Shown here: one piece after another, positions 36,962 through 47,321 of the stretch | Position numbering within the stretch: the first letter of the stretch is position 1 | How the letters are laid out: the number at the start of each line of letters is the position of its first letter | Virus record (IMG/VR): IMGVR_UViG_3300037264_002228 | Span: 1 to 64,000 of that record | Reading direction: 5' to 3' (one strand) | From: a virus | Length of the DNA: 64,000 nt | The notes under the pieces: generated by a model | What the model saw: only the letters and a program-made list of their open reading frames with translations | Databases searched by the model: none | Told to the model about the DNA's origin: nothing | Made by a program: the position numbers and the translations under genes

Positions 36962-39900
36962 TGGCAGACATTAATACATACGCTCTTGGGTTAGAATTCC
37001 AAATGCAGACCAAGCCTGCTATGGAAGCTATGGGTCAATTGCTAGATATGGCTGCTAAACTACAAAACAAAATGTCGGCTGCTGCTGCGTCGTTGTCACC
37101 ATCAGATACTGCATTAGAAGAAATAATTGATCTTACTGATCCGTTGGAAGCAATGGGTCTATTAACTGGTCAGCTAGAACGAAAAATGGATGATCTTGCG
37201 AAAGCTGAGCAATTTCTTGCATTGGCTACGTTTGAAAGCGAACAAGCGGCGGCAGCTACAGAAGAAACAGTTTTTAAACTTAAACATGAAATTGATGATG
37301 TAAATGAGGCTGTAAAAAAGTTACATAAAACATGGGAAAAATGGCCGTACTTATTTGAAGAACATGATAAACAAATAAAGAACGCAACAAGAAATTTTGA
37401 TATTAATAAGCGTTCAATCGATAGGCAACATAAATCATTAAAAGAACAAAGTGCAGTATTCTTAAGCGTGCGGAATGCAATACTTGGAGTCACTGAAGAA
37501 ACTAAACAATTAAACAACATTATTACTGCAGGTCTTGGAAAATATGGTGCTCTTGCTGCGGCTCTTGCATTTATTGGAATTGGCTTCAAAGATGTAATGG
37601 AAATGCAAGATACTTATGCTAAAGTTACATTTACTGCAATAGGTGGTCAAACGGCATTAATAGCTAGCACTAACAGACTACGTGCAACAACTGGTGCGTC
37701 TTCAAAAGAAGCAATTAAAGCATTAACGGCGCTTGCTGAGGTTGGGTTTAGAGCAGAACACAATATTTCTGCATTAGCAGATGCTAATTATAAGTTTAGT
37801 AAAGCAACTGGTGTATCAGAGTCAATAACAGCACAATTCCAGCGACAAATTGTCGCGATGGGTGGCAGCGCAAACATGGCTAAAAACAGTTTGGCGGCTA
37901 TGTCTGCGATTATTAGAAACAGCGGATTGACGGCAAAAGAAGCTGAGTCATTAATGAGCGGATTTAGCAAAACGATGTTACGTATGGCATTATTTGGCAA
38001 AACCAAAGAAGATTTTGCAGCAACAACTACTGAATTAGGTAAGCTATCTGGCGCATTTAAAATGGCAGGTGGTAGTGCTGAGTCTGTTAATCAACAATTT
38101 GGTAAAATGCTAGAAGATCCACTTGAAATGGCTATTGCATTAGGAAAATTAGATATTGAGATGGATGAAAATGCAAGCATGCATGAAAAAATGCAGGCTT
38201 ACATGAAGGGCACTTCTGCTATTCTAGCTGAAACAGCTGGGATGACAGATATAGAAAGACAGAAAACACTAGAGGCTAGAGGTGTTAATTTAGATTATGC
38301 TGCTTCGTTTGTGTTGCTTGAACAAGAATTGTTAAAAACCGGCAAAACACAAGAACAATACTTAAAAGGAGTGGCTGCTGCGCCAGATATTAATAAAGAT
38401 TGGCAGACAGCCACAAGTACATTAACTGAACAACTAAAACAAATACTGACACCTATAATGAATATAGCTTCGACTATTGGTTCTGTATTAGTGCCAGCTG
38501 CAACTAAATTGGCTAGTGTGGTGTCATATTTAACTACCACGTTTGGAAAATGGTGGAGCGATTTACAAACGAATTCACCGATTTTAGCTAACATTATATC
38601 AGCTGTAGCTGTTGGTGCTATTGGATTTCTTGCATTTGGTGCAGTAGCAAGCAAATTAATTGGTATGTTTTCACCATTGACAAATGCTATTAAGGCCGTG
38701 TTGAATCCAATAGAACAAGTTAATAAAACGATGGATGTGGCGCAGAAAGCCTCATCATCTGCCGGATTGGGAGTTAAAACATTTTTAACGAATTTGGGTC
38801 AAGGCTTAAAGGCACTAGCAGCACCTGGCGCATTACAAGGTGCTTTAATATTGGGTGTATTGGCAGTTATTGTTGGTGGAACATTGTTGGCATTGGCCAT
38901 TGCGATGAAGGAATTGGGAATTAGCGTCGGAGAACTTGTTGGCGCATCTGTTGGATTATTGATAGCTGCAGGTGCATTTTATGTTATGGCTGCTGCACTT
39001 GCTGTTCTAGGTCCAGTATCTGCGATAGCGGCTCCATTATTATTACCATTAGCTGTTGTATTCTTAGCCATTGGTGCCGCTGTCCTTTTAGCTAGTATTG
39101 GCGTATCATTAATGGCGTTGGCTTTCACGGAATTATTTAAAGCAATACTGCCACAAGCACCAATGTTTGTTATGATTATGGCATCAATGGCTATTTTAAT
39201 GCCCGCCCTAGCAATTGGGTTTGGCTTGTTGGCTGCATCATTAGCTATTTCTGCTCCGATTATTTTGATCGGATTCGGTGCATTATTGGTAGCAGCATTA
39301 ATGGGTTTTATTATAAATCCGGTACTAGAACGATTTGCGAATAGTTTGAGCCTTATTTCGAGCGCAATGTCTGGGCTTGGTGCTGGTGCTGGTGTGTCAT
39401 TGCTAAGTTTAGCTATTGGCATAACGGCTTTCATGGCTTCGTTGATGGGAATTGCTGTTGGTGGTGGTATAGGATCATTGTTCGGTGTTAAGAATCCAGT
39501 ACAACAAGCAGCAGAAATCGGTGCTGCAATGTTTTTAGTTGCAGCACCAGCCGCAATGCTATCAAATGCATTAGGAAAATTATCTGACATTGGCGATATA
39601 TTTAAACCGTTTATTGATAGTGTGCTTGGTCGTAAAAACGAAATAGCAGAGGCAGTATCATTTATATCATCAATAGCAACACAAATTGAACTTGCAAGAA
39701 AAACTATTAATGGAGCCACAGCTGGTGTTGGATTAATAATTCCAGTTAAGTTTGCAGAACCAGTACGTAAACCAATAATTACTGAAGACACTGCACGCAA
39801 GATCCGTGAAGAGCGTAATCAGTCAAATCTTGTTCGTGGTACTGAAGACATGAAAAACGCTATAGATAAAGTAACTAATCGTTTAGATAAGGGTGCAGGC

Positions 39901-40005
39901 ATTGGTGAATTAGTTGAATTGTTAAAAATATGGCTACCTAAGATCGCAAAACCAGAAGACAGTGGTGCTGCTGGTTTGTCTAGTGTAGCTAACCAATGGA
40001 TGTAA
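36961..40005 (+). CDS. Tape measure protein
   Basis: 1014 aa, Ala/Gly-rich helical N-terminal region plus a long hydrophobic segment; located in the tail module. Confidence 0.85.
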   Translation: MADINTYALGLEFQMQTKPAMEAMGQLLDMAAKLQNKMSAAAASLSPSDTALEEIIDLTDPLEAMGLLTGQLERKMDDLAKAEQFLALATFESEQAAAATEETVFKLKHEIDDVNEAVKKLHKTWEKWPYLFEEHDKQIKNATRNFDINKRSIDRQHKSLKEQSAVFLSVRNAILGVTEETKQLNNIITAGLGKYGALAAALAFIGIGFKDVMEMQDTYAKVTFTAIGGQTALIASTNRLRATTGASSKEAIKALTALAEVGFRAEHNISALADANYKFSKATGVSESITAQFQRQIVAMGGSANMAKNSLAAMSAIIRNSGLTAKEAESLMSGFSKTMLRMALFGKTKEDFAATTTELGKLSGAFKMAGGSAESVNQQFGKMLEDPLEMAIALGKLDIEMDENASMHEKMQAYMKGTSAILAETAGMTDIERQKTLEARGVNLDYAASFVLLEQELLKTGKTQEQYLKGVAAAPDINKDWQTATSTLTEQLKQILTPIMNIASTIGSVLVPAATKLASVVSYLTTTFGKWWSDLQTNSPILANIISAVAVGAIGFLAFGAVASKLIGMFSPLTNAIKAVLNPIEQVNKTMDVAQKASSSAGLGVKTFLTNLGQGLKALAAPGALQGALILGVLAVIVGGTLLALAIAMKELGISVGELVGASVGLLIAAGAFYVMAAALAVLGPVSAIAAPLLLPLAVVFLAIGAAVLLASIGVSLMALAFTELFKAILPQAPMFVMIMASMAILMPALAIGFGLLAASLAISAPIILIGFGALLVAALMGFIINPVLERFANSLSLISSAMSGLGAGAGVSLLSLAIGITAFMASLMGIAVGGGIGSLFGVKNPVQQAAEIGAAMFLVAAPAAMLSNALGKLSDIGDIFKPFIDSVLGRKNEIAEAVSFISSIATQIELARKTINGATAGVGLIIPVKFAEPVRKPIITEDTARKIREERNQSNLVRGTEDMKNAIDKVTNRLDKGAGIGELVELLKIWLPKIAKPEDSGAAGLSSVANQWM

Positions 40006-40011
40006 AATAAT

Positions 40012-40572
40012 ATGTCATTTTCATTGTCTGGTGCTGATAGAAGCATAGTCCGTAATGTTAAGATGAAAATCTTATCAAGTCCTGATATAGTAAGCGGTTT
40101 GCCAATAGGCGAGGATGTAAAATTTCAATTTCCACCTAGAATTACTGATGATAGCAAAATTGCAAACTGGAAGGAAGATGAAAAAGCTACATTTGAGCCT
40201 TTGGTTACATGGATGGGTTCTAGTGCACGCAAAATTTCTATTGAAATAACATATATAGTAACTGGTGAAGAATTTACTACTAAAACTATTGCTGAAATCA
40301 CGCGTCAATTTAAGGCATACTTCTATCGTTCGATTAAAAGTGGTTCAAATGTTCCAATCATAAAACTACGTATGTATGAACATAATCCACAAGAAACAGA
40401 TTTTAGATTAAATGACGTTAGCATATCATATGGTGAAACATTAATTCAAGATGGAGCAGGTATATTTCCATTATTAACAAAAATTAAATTGGGTGCAAGT
40501 TTGATAACTCAAGTAAATAAGAAACAACAGATACCAAATTTAAGAAATACGCCTCCAAAGGAATGGTATTAA
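40012..40572 (+). CDS. Baseplate tube-initiator-like protein
   Basis: FQFPP.ITD...NW, EP...W.GS.AR.ISI; follows the tape measure gene. Confidence 0.6.
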   Translation: MSFSLSGADRSIVRNVKMKILSSPDIVSGLPIGEDVKFQFPPRITDDSKIANWKEDEKATFEPLVTWMGSSARKISIEITYIVTGEEFTTKTIAEITRQFKAYFYRSIKSGSNVPIIKLRMYEHNPQETDFRLNDVSISYGETLIQDGAGIFPLLTKIKLGASLITQVNKKQQIPNLRNTPPKEWY

Positions 40573-40573
40573 T

Positions 40574-40891
40574 ATGTCAATTGCAAAAGATCCGCACTCA
40601 CGATTTTTATTGTCAAATCCGATTATCCATAATGGTGTTGAGGCGTTTGGTATAATGACAAAACACTTTTTCCTTGACCAAAATAATCTTAAAGATGATC
40701 AAATAATATCTGTTGAAATTACGCCAGATCTTGCTGGAAAACCGTGGGCCGTGGCTAATAAATTATATAATTCACCAGTATTGGATTGGGTTATTGTACT
40801 GTTTAATAGACCTATAAATCCTGTTAATTGGCCATATATCGGTACTGTTATTAAAGCACCAATTGAAAGCGTGGTTGTACCGAATGTCTAA
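40574..40891 (+). CDS. Baseplate wedge protein, gp53/LysM-like
   Basis: GKPWAVANKLYNSPVLDWVIVLFN...G.VIKAP. Confidence 0.8.
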   Translation: MSIAKDPHSRFLLSNPIIHNGVEAFGIMTKHFFLDQNNLKDDQIISVEITPDLAGKPWAVANKLYNSPVLDWVIVLFNRPINPVNWPYIGTVIKAPIESVVVPNV

Positions 40892-43403
40892 TGACAATCT
40901 TAATTTGGTTTTTCAGAAATTTTTTAAAGAACGTACTGAAAATTTATTTGACAGGTTTGATGGTCTATATCGGGCTATTGTAGAAGAAACTAATGATCCA
41001 CTACGCATTGGACGTGTTAGGGTTCGTATACCAGAATTACACAATAAAGATGTAAAAAGAGATGAATTACCATGGGCTGCCCCGGCATTTTCTCTTGGTG
41101 GTAAAGGCTGTGGATGGTGGGGTAGTCCGATTATTGGCGATGTAATTTTTGTTCAATTTGAGAAGAACCATCCATATGCACCTGTTTGGGTTGGCTCTGC
41201 AAGCCCAACTAGAAGAAAATTTTATCCATTACAATCAATACATGGTGTTACACCACTTGCAGTAAATGATAAGGGTGAGCCAGCAGATTCACCATCAGAT
41301 TATCAAAAAGAATATCTTCCTAAAGACGAGCGCCCATTAAGTGTTGGTGTTCGTGATAGATATGGCACATTTTTCATGCTGAATTCTGTTGGGTTCTTTC
41401 CTAAAGAACACGAAGAGCAAGCAGCAGCCGCTGGTACTGATGGTGTTGCAAAATCTGAATTTAAGGCAGCAAAGGAAGCACCAAAAGAAAATGATCCAGA
41501 TACAAAATATGCCGTTTTGCATACAAAGTATGGTCATACCTTTTTAATGACAGATGTTGGGTATGATTGGAAAAAAGAATTTAAAGGCGACCATAATGAA
41601 GATGAAAGTTTCGAAATAGCTAGAGCTAAATATTTACAAAAGCTGTTTAATGAAGATAAACCGAAAGATAGAGATCAGCGCCGTATAGAATTGCGTACAC
41701 GGTATGGTCACAAGCTTGAAATGCGCGACGTAGGTTGGAAGAAGAATCGTCCAGGTGAATTCGACAAACAAGTTGAAGTTGCCAAAGGTGACGAAGATGA
41801 ACGTTGGGTTAAATTGCGCACTAAGGGTGGCCATGTTATTCAATCTATTGATAAAGGTTGCGACCCAGAATCAGACAAATTCGTAAAGCAATTATTAAAA
41901 ACTGATAAAGGTGCCGATTTAGATGGTGAGGATGAAGAAGATTTTAAAGACGATGCGCGTCAAATTAGGTTTGTCACAAGACATGGTGCAAAGTTTGCAT
42001 TAGATGATCGTGGCTCTGATAAAACTGATGCACTTGGTAAAGAAGAACCACGTGGTAATGGATTATTAATTAAGACAAGACGTAAATTTGGTATTGACAT
42101 TAACGATAAAGACCCTGCAAATCGCATGTTGTTTTATACACCTAAATCTAAAGCTTTAGATTTTAATGATCGTTTTGATTATATCATGATGACAACCGAT
42201 ACGTCTGATAAAATCCCAGAAGATTTTAAAGGTTTAAAGAGCAATGAATTTGCTAAAACAGTAGCATTAACACACGATCCAGAAAAGACTTCATATCATA
42301 TTAAACTAGACAAAAAGAATCATTATGTTAGTATGAAGACGCCAGAAGGTCAAGGTATCGAGATGCGCGACGGAGATGCTCCGTGTGCAAGTTTCACTGA
42401 AACAACTGGTCCAGATGATCGTGGTATGTGGATGTCTAGGGACCATAATAGATCTGTTTGGCGTAGTAAGAATAATGATATGTACATCATCTTAGATGAT
42501 GGTAAGCAATTGATACTCATTAAGAATGAAACCGATAAAATACAGATTTATGCCAAAGGAAACGTAGAAGTAATATCGGAAGCTGATATATGTTTAAAAG
42601 CTAAAAAAGATATTTCTCTCAAAGCCGGTGGTCAAATCAATATGGAAGTAGGCAATGGTACACAATTCACCGTCAGACCTGGCCATTGCGGCACAAATGA
42701 TGAACTACGAGCTGGTCGCGTAAATTGTATTACAATGTTTGGATTGCATGAATCTATTGATATTCCTCAGCATCCTGCTGGCCCTGCTCCTACTGGTTCA
42801 GCAACGCAATGTACTGTATGTGATCCTGAAGAAATTATTATTGAACCACGTAAACCTAAACCATTTAATGAAGAGCGTAATTGTGCTCCAAACAAATCAG
42901 AAGCTAAACCATTACCTAAAACTGTATTCCCAGGAGGCTCTGGTGGGTTTGGTGGCGGCGGTGGCGGTGGCGGCGGAGAAGGACCACCACCACCAAGCGA
43001 GTTCGCGCCATCAAGTGAACCAGATGTTACTGTGAATCCAGAACAACAGCCAACGGACCCACTTAGCCCATCTGGTGGTACATTGTTCTATGGTTGCTCA
43101 AATATCTTTAAGACAGAAATTGAAGAGTTTGGAATTACGCTTGATTCATTTGCTAATAATGATAATATACCACCATTAACTAATGCATCTAAGATTGTGC
43201 TATTCTTTGATACATTCCAAGCAGCCGATGCGGCAGAGAAATCAAAGAAAATTCATGGTGGCCGTTCGATAATTTATAGAGTGACTGGTGTTCCTGATCC
43301 TACATTGCTGACATATCTGACAACCGATAGATTAGCAGAGTACAAAGGAAATATACCTCCAGAGGCTTTTGAGTTGTTTGAAGAAGAACCAGATTTAACA
43401 TAA
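40884..43403 (+). CDS. Baseplate central spike (gp5/VgrG-like) with a C-terminal extension
   Basis: OB-fold YRAIV..TNDP.RIGRVRVRIP...PWA...P.IGD.IFV.FE; repeated T.yGH beta segments; Gly/Pro linker; extra C-terminal domain; ATG 40884 preferred as start. Confidence 0.85.
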   Translation: MSNDNLNLVFQKFFKERTENLFDRFDGLYRAIVEETNDPLRIGRVRVRIPELHNKDVKRDELPWAAPAFSLGGKGCGWWGSPIIGDVIFVQFEKNHPYAPVWVGSASPTRRKFYPLQSIHGVTPLAVNDKGEPADSPSDYQKEYLPKDERPLSVGVRDRYGTFFMLNSVGFFPKEHEEQAAAAGTDGVAKSEFKAAKEAPKENDPDTKYAVLHTKYGHTFLMTDVGYDWKKEFKGDHNEDESFEIARAKYLQKLFNEDKPKDRDQRRIELRTRYGHKLEMRDVGWKKNRPGEFDKQVEVAKGDEDERWVKLRTKGGHVIQSIDKGCDPESDKFVKQLLKTDKGADLDGEDEEDFKDDARQIRFVTRHGAKFALDDRGSDKTDALGKEEPRGNGLLIKTRRKFGIDINDKDPANRMLFYTPKSKALDFNDRFDYIMMTTDTSDKIPEDFKGLKSNEFAKTVALTHDPEKTSYHIKLDKKNHYVSMKTPEGQGIEMRDGDAPCASFTETTGPDDRGMWMSRDHNRSVWRSKNNDMYIILDDGKQLILIKNETDKIQIYAKGNVEVISEADICLKAKKDISLKAGGQINMEVGNGTQFTVRPGHCGTNDELRAGRVNCITMFGLHESIDIPQHPAGPAPTGSATQCTVCDPEEIIIEPRKPKPFNEERNCAPNKSEAKPLPKTVFPGGSGGFGGGGGGGGGEGPPPPSEFAPSSEPDVTVNPEQQPTDPLSPSGGTLFYGCSNIFKTEIEEFGITLDSFANNDNIPPLTNASKIVLFFDTFQAADAAEKSKKIHGGRSIIYRVTGVPDPTLLTYLTTDRLAEYKGNIPPEAFELFEEEPDLT

Positions 43404-43412
43404 ATATAATTT

Positions 43413-44129
43413 ATGATATTGCGTTTCCCGTCAGGCTTATACCAAGACGCTGGGCAATTACCGGAAGGTGTTGCTGCTGGCAATGTGACTTTCGTTATTT
43501 CTAACGAAGAACCTAAGCGCTCTGACATAGTTGTTGTACAACTACCTGTCTCAGAAGAAATAAAACCAGCACCAGCTTCACTATATAGTGAAGCTGATAG
43601 GCGCGAAGCGTTTGGTGAACTGGTTTATACACTGGTAGAATCTAATCGTACCGAATCTGGATCTAATAAAAAATTGTTTGGTATTGGTGATTTTTTGGAG
43701 TTTGATGACGACGATATTGCGTTGCCTGATTTGCTTGGTGTTCCAAGACAAGTTGATATTCAACACAATACTAATTTAATAGATTATGCCGATGCTGGAT
43801 TAACTGTAGAAGAAATAAGTGAAATTACCATTTCGGCTACCACAAAAAAACGTGAGCTTGAATCAGAAGTTGCACTATTACAATCGCAAGTCGTAAATTT
43901 ACAATCTGCTGCATTAGAAAATCAAAAACGCATAAATGAAACAAGAAAATTGATATCAGCAGTTTCACAAATAGTTGGATCTAATGATTCGATATTAATA
44001 AAATTAAAAACTAGAGAATCTGATTTGGAACTAGAACGAGATACTATTATTAGTTCAATAAATACAACCAATGACCTATTGAAAGATACTTATAATTCAT
44101 TACTTGAAATTTCAGGATTGGTACATTAA
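43413..44129 (+). CDS. Hypothetical baseplate-region protein with a C-terminal coiled coil
   Basis: 238-aa ORF; AAATATA-N4-ATG. Confidence 0.6.
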   Translation: MILRFPSGLYQDAGQLPEGVAAGNVTFVISNEEPKRSDIVVVQLPVSEEIKPAPASLYSEADRREAFGELVYTLVESNRTESGSNKKLFGIGDFLEFDDDDIALPDLLGVPRQVDIQHNTNLIDYADAGLTVEEISEITISATTKKRELESEVALLQSQVVNLQSAALENQKRINETRKLISAVSQIVGSNDSILIKLKTRESDLELERDTIISSINTTNDLLKDTYNSLLEISGLVH

Positions 44130-44545
44130 TGGCTAAATCGACATATTTTGGTTTTAATCCGCCGTTTTATCGTGATGGACACGTAATGCCTGTTCAGACG
44201 GATGAGCGTCTGATTAAAAACGATTTACTACAATTGTTGTTGACGTCTCCTGGCGAGAGAGTCTTTAGACCAGATTTTGGTACCGAGTTGCGTAGATCGA
44301 TGTTTGAACCAATAGACGATTTTCAAGTTGATAGTATTAAAAATTCGATAGCGCTTTCGATTGACCAGTTTGAGCCAAGAATAAAAGTGTCTGAAATATT
44401 TATAGAACGTGATGATGACAATAGCCAATTAAATGTTAAAGTATATGCTGCATTAACAATAGATCCTAACAGAATTTTAGAATTGAATTTATCATTACCT
44501 ATTGGACCAAATGCATCACAAGCAGCACCTAAACGTACGGTATAA
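44129..44545 (+). CDS. Baseplate wedge protein, gp25-like
   Basis: LLLTSPGERVFRPDFGT...FEP...FEPRI. Confidence 0.93.
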   Translation: MAKSTYFGFNPPFYRDGHVMPVQTDERLIKNDLLQLLLTSPGERVFRPDFGTELRRSMFEPIDDFQVDSIKNSIALSIDQFEPRIKVSEIFIERDDDNSQLNVKVYAALTIDPNRILELNLSLPIGPNASQAAPKRTV

Positions 44546-44547
44546 AT

Positions 44548-46221
44548 ATGACAGAAGAAACAGTATTTAGTTTACCAACAGACCCACAAGAATTTGGTAT
44601 CATATTACCTCCAGCCGATCTACGACGTATTAATTTTAGTGCATTAGACTTTGTAACATTACGTCGTGCATTAGTAGAGTATATTAAAACGTATTTTCCG
44701 AATGATTTTAATGACTTTGTTGCAAGCAACGGCTCAATAATGTTCATGGAGTTGGTATCAGCAGTTGGTAATATTCTATCAGAGCGCAGCGATATTCTTG
44801 TTGATGAATCTTTTTTGCCTACTTCTCAGACTAAAGAGGCAGTAATTAATCATTTGGCGTTGATAAATCAGCAAATTTTGAGAGCTACACCAGCTGTAAT
44901 TGATGTTGAAGTTAGCATCAATAACGCAGCACAAACTCAGATCTCACTACCTGCCGGTTTAAAATTTAATCTTGTTGGTGCTGATGGTCGAGCTTTAATA
45001 TATGAAATATATAGGGCTCCAAATGATTTTACTAGTAATATTATAATTCCACCTAATAAACGTGGTGTTATTGCATTTGGTATTGAAGGATCGTTTGCTG
45101 ATCCTATTATTGTAGAATCTGCTGGTGGACCAGATCAAGAAATCGAAATATTAGATCCCGATGTGTTGGATGATCCAATATTTGTTGATGTGACAACTGG
45201 CATTGATACAACTCGCTATGCGCGTGTTGATAGTATAGAAAGATACAATTCTAATGATGCTGTGTTCCAAGTTGTATTTGGTGATGATCGTGCTAAAATC
45301 GTATTTGGTGATGACATAGCTGGCAAAGCACCGTTGGCTGGACAAACTATTACTGTTCGTTACCGCTCTGGTGGTGGTATACGTGGACGTATAGGCACAA
45401 ATATCATTAATGAGACAAGACCTGTAGTGCCATTAGCTCCAGCTAGCGCACCTGTTGAAGTATTATTTAGAAATCCATCACCAAGTTCAGGTGGTACAGA
45501 TGAAGAAAGTCTTGAATCAGCAAAGGCACGAGCTCCTAAAGACGCAGCAACATTAAATTCAGCTACCACTGGTGAGGATTATGCACAGCTATCTTCGACT
45601 TTTGCTCATCCAGTATTCGGATCTGTATTAAAGGCTGTTGCTGTTCTAAGAACTGGTGTAGAAAATGCTGCTAGCATTGCACAAATGGTTAGGTCGGCGG
45701 CTACAATAGACGATGCTGTTGAGATATTAGATGCCAATTTTATAAATCGGAATATTGTTGAACTATATGTTCTAGCCGAAGGTCCTGATAATATACCAGT
45801 TAAACCAAGTGCAGGTTTAAAGCAAGGATTAGTACAATTCTTTTCAGAGATTGCGGTATTAACCGATGAAGTTAGGGTCCTTGATGGAGAAATTAAACCA
45901 ATTAATTTTAGAGCCAATGTTATTATGAATAGGACGTCCGACGCTGGTACAATCAGAGAAGCTGTAAACAAAGTTGTGAATGATTTCTTTGCTGTCGACA
46001 AGTTTGATATGGGCAAAGCTTTGTATGTAAGCAAACTATATGAAGCTATTCAATCAGTTCCAGGCGTAAAATTTGCTAAAATTTTCGAGCCAGCTGACGA
46101 TGTATTACCTACTAAGCAATTAGCAGTTTCTGGATCTATTGGTGTAGGATTTAATGAGCTGATAACGCTTGGTGAAAAGAATATTCTATTCTTTTTTGAG
46201 CGTGGTGCGGCTGATCGTTAA
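44548..46221 (+). CDS. Baseplate wedge protein, gp6/baseplate J-like
   Basis: FSALDF...FNDF, FGDD..G..P, Y..GGG..G, GGTDEES, T.EDY. Confidence 0.9.
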   Translation: MTEETVFSLPTDPQEFGIILPPADLRRINFSALDFVTLRRALVEYIKTYFPNDFNDFVASNGSIMFMELVSAVGNILSERSDILVDESFLPTSQTKEAVINHLALINQQILRATPAVIDVEVSINNAAQTQISLPAGLKFNLVGADGRALIYEIYRAPNDFTSNIIIPPNKRGVIAFGIEGSFADPIIVESAGGPDQEIEILDPDVLDDPIFVDVTTGIDTTRYARVDSIERYNSNDAVFQVVFGDDRAKIVFGDDIAGKAPLAGQTITVRYRSGGGIRGRIGTNIINETRPVVPLAPASAPVEVLFRNPSPSSGGTDEESLESAKARAPKDAATLNSATTGEDYAQLSSTFAHPVFGSVLKAVAVLRTGVENAASIAQMVRSAATIDDAVEILDANFINRNIVELYVLAEGPDNIPVKPSAGLKQGLVQFFSEIAVLTDEVRVLDGEIKPINFRANVIMNRTSDAGTIREAVNKVVNDFFAVDKFDMGKALYVSKLYEAIQSVPGVKFAKIFEPADDVLPTKQLAVSGSIGVGFNELITLGEKNILFFFERGAADR

Positions 46222-46348
46222 TTCGTCTGTAATTAGTGTTATTAAATCTTCAATAGTTGCTTTAATAGTAGTATTAATTGAAATGTAGTTATTATCGTTT
46301 ATTGTAGTGTGTACCATATAGCTGTTTGGTGTGCCTTCTATCTTAAAA

Positions 46349-46627
46349 TCAACCCAAATCTGTTTCAATTGATTCTCTAAACTTCTTATATACACTACCA
46401 ACTAGTTTTGTGATATCATAAAAATGTCCATGGTAAACTATAGCTATTTTGCCATTTTTATCTTCAGCCATTGTTATAGCATTTGTTATTCCTTCTGATA
46501 CTAGAAGTGGGCCCAACACATCATCAATTTTTTCATCTAATGATTTTTGTTGAATTGGTAATTGTTCTGATTCAGTTGGGAGCCGCTTTTCCTCGGAAGG
46601 ATCAAGTTTTTTGTCATTATCATTCAT
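46349..46627 (-). CDS. Hypothetical protein
   Basis: ATG at 46627 (MNDNDKK...) preferred over the track start. Confidence 0.55.
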   Translation of the reverse strand: MNDNDKKLDPSEEKRLPTESEQLPIQQKSLDEKIDDVLGPLLVSEGITNAITMAEDKNGKIAIVYHGHFYDITKLVGSVYKKFRESIETDLG

Positions 46628-46668
46628 AATCAACCAGTATTTAAAGTCAGTTAAAAATAAGACGTTCA

Positions 46669-47310
46669 ATGAATAACCAAGACGAAGTTACAACTATTTA
46701 CGAGTGTTATAAGCGTGCGATGGCAAGTGTTGGATATAATATACAATTGCCCGCCGACACAGACCCAGAAAAAACATATGCATTTCGTGCAATAAAGAAA
46801 TTTATACATCAAACTAAACAATGGAATTTAAATACTGATATTACTAGAGCATTGGTACGTGAAGTTGTTTTATACGGTAAACAGAATGGTCTTCTAAGAA
46901 AAGGCACTGCTCTTCTAAACATGAAATCTGTTCTTACTATTTGCCATAATTATTTGGCGAATCAAGTTACTAGAACAAATGCATTGGTTGTTGATATAAC
47001 GAGAACAAAGAAATTTATTGATCACCATATAATTAATGATGATGTCATTGGTACGTTAGTAACTAAAATTAATCGAGATGGCTACTCAAATATTGTGTTG
47101 TGGTATCGGTCTGGTGATATTTCTATTAGTTTTATTTCAATTTCTAGCAATAGTAGAAGGGCATTGAATTTATTATCACCTGATGAACGAGCCAATTTTC
47201 CGTCTGATGAAAAATTAGTCAGCAATAGAATCAAAATTTTGAAAGATAATGAAATTCGATCCAAATTAGTAAATATTTTGGGAAGTGATTTACTAAAAAT
47301 AGGTCCATAA
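46669..47310 (+). CDS. Hypothetical protein
   Basis: 213-aa ORF upstream of the RNR gene. Confidence 0.65.
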   Translation: MNNQDEVTTIYECYKRAMASVGYNIQLPADTDPEKTYAFRAIKKFIHQTKQWNLNTDITRALVREVVLYGKQNGLLRKGTALLNMKSVLTICHNYLANQVTRTNALVVDITRTKKFIDHHIINDDVIGTLVTKINRDGYSNIVLWYRSGDISISFISISSNSRRALNLLSPDERANFPSDEKLVSNRIKILKDNEIRSKLVNILGSDLLKIGP

Positions 47311-47321
47311 CGGGTGGGAAA

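Noticed and set aside
38979-39800. 273-aa minus-strand ORF, and similar antisense ORFs at 59930..60550 and 63283..63852
   Set aside because: Antisense shadows of compositionally biased plus-strand genes
28075-46221. Bacterial T6SS/eCIS/tailocin locus
   Set aside because: Terminase, portal, prohead protease, neck and replication genes show this is a phage
46186-46401. 71-aa minus-strand ORF
   Set aside because: Overlaps both neighbours and has no clear start or RBS; might be real but cannot be supported
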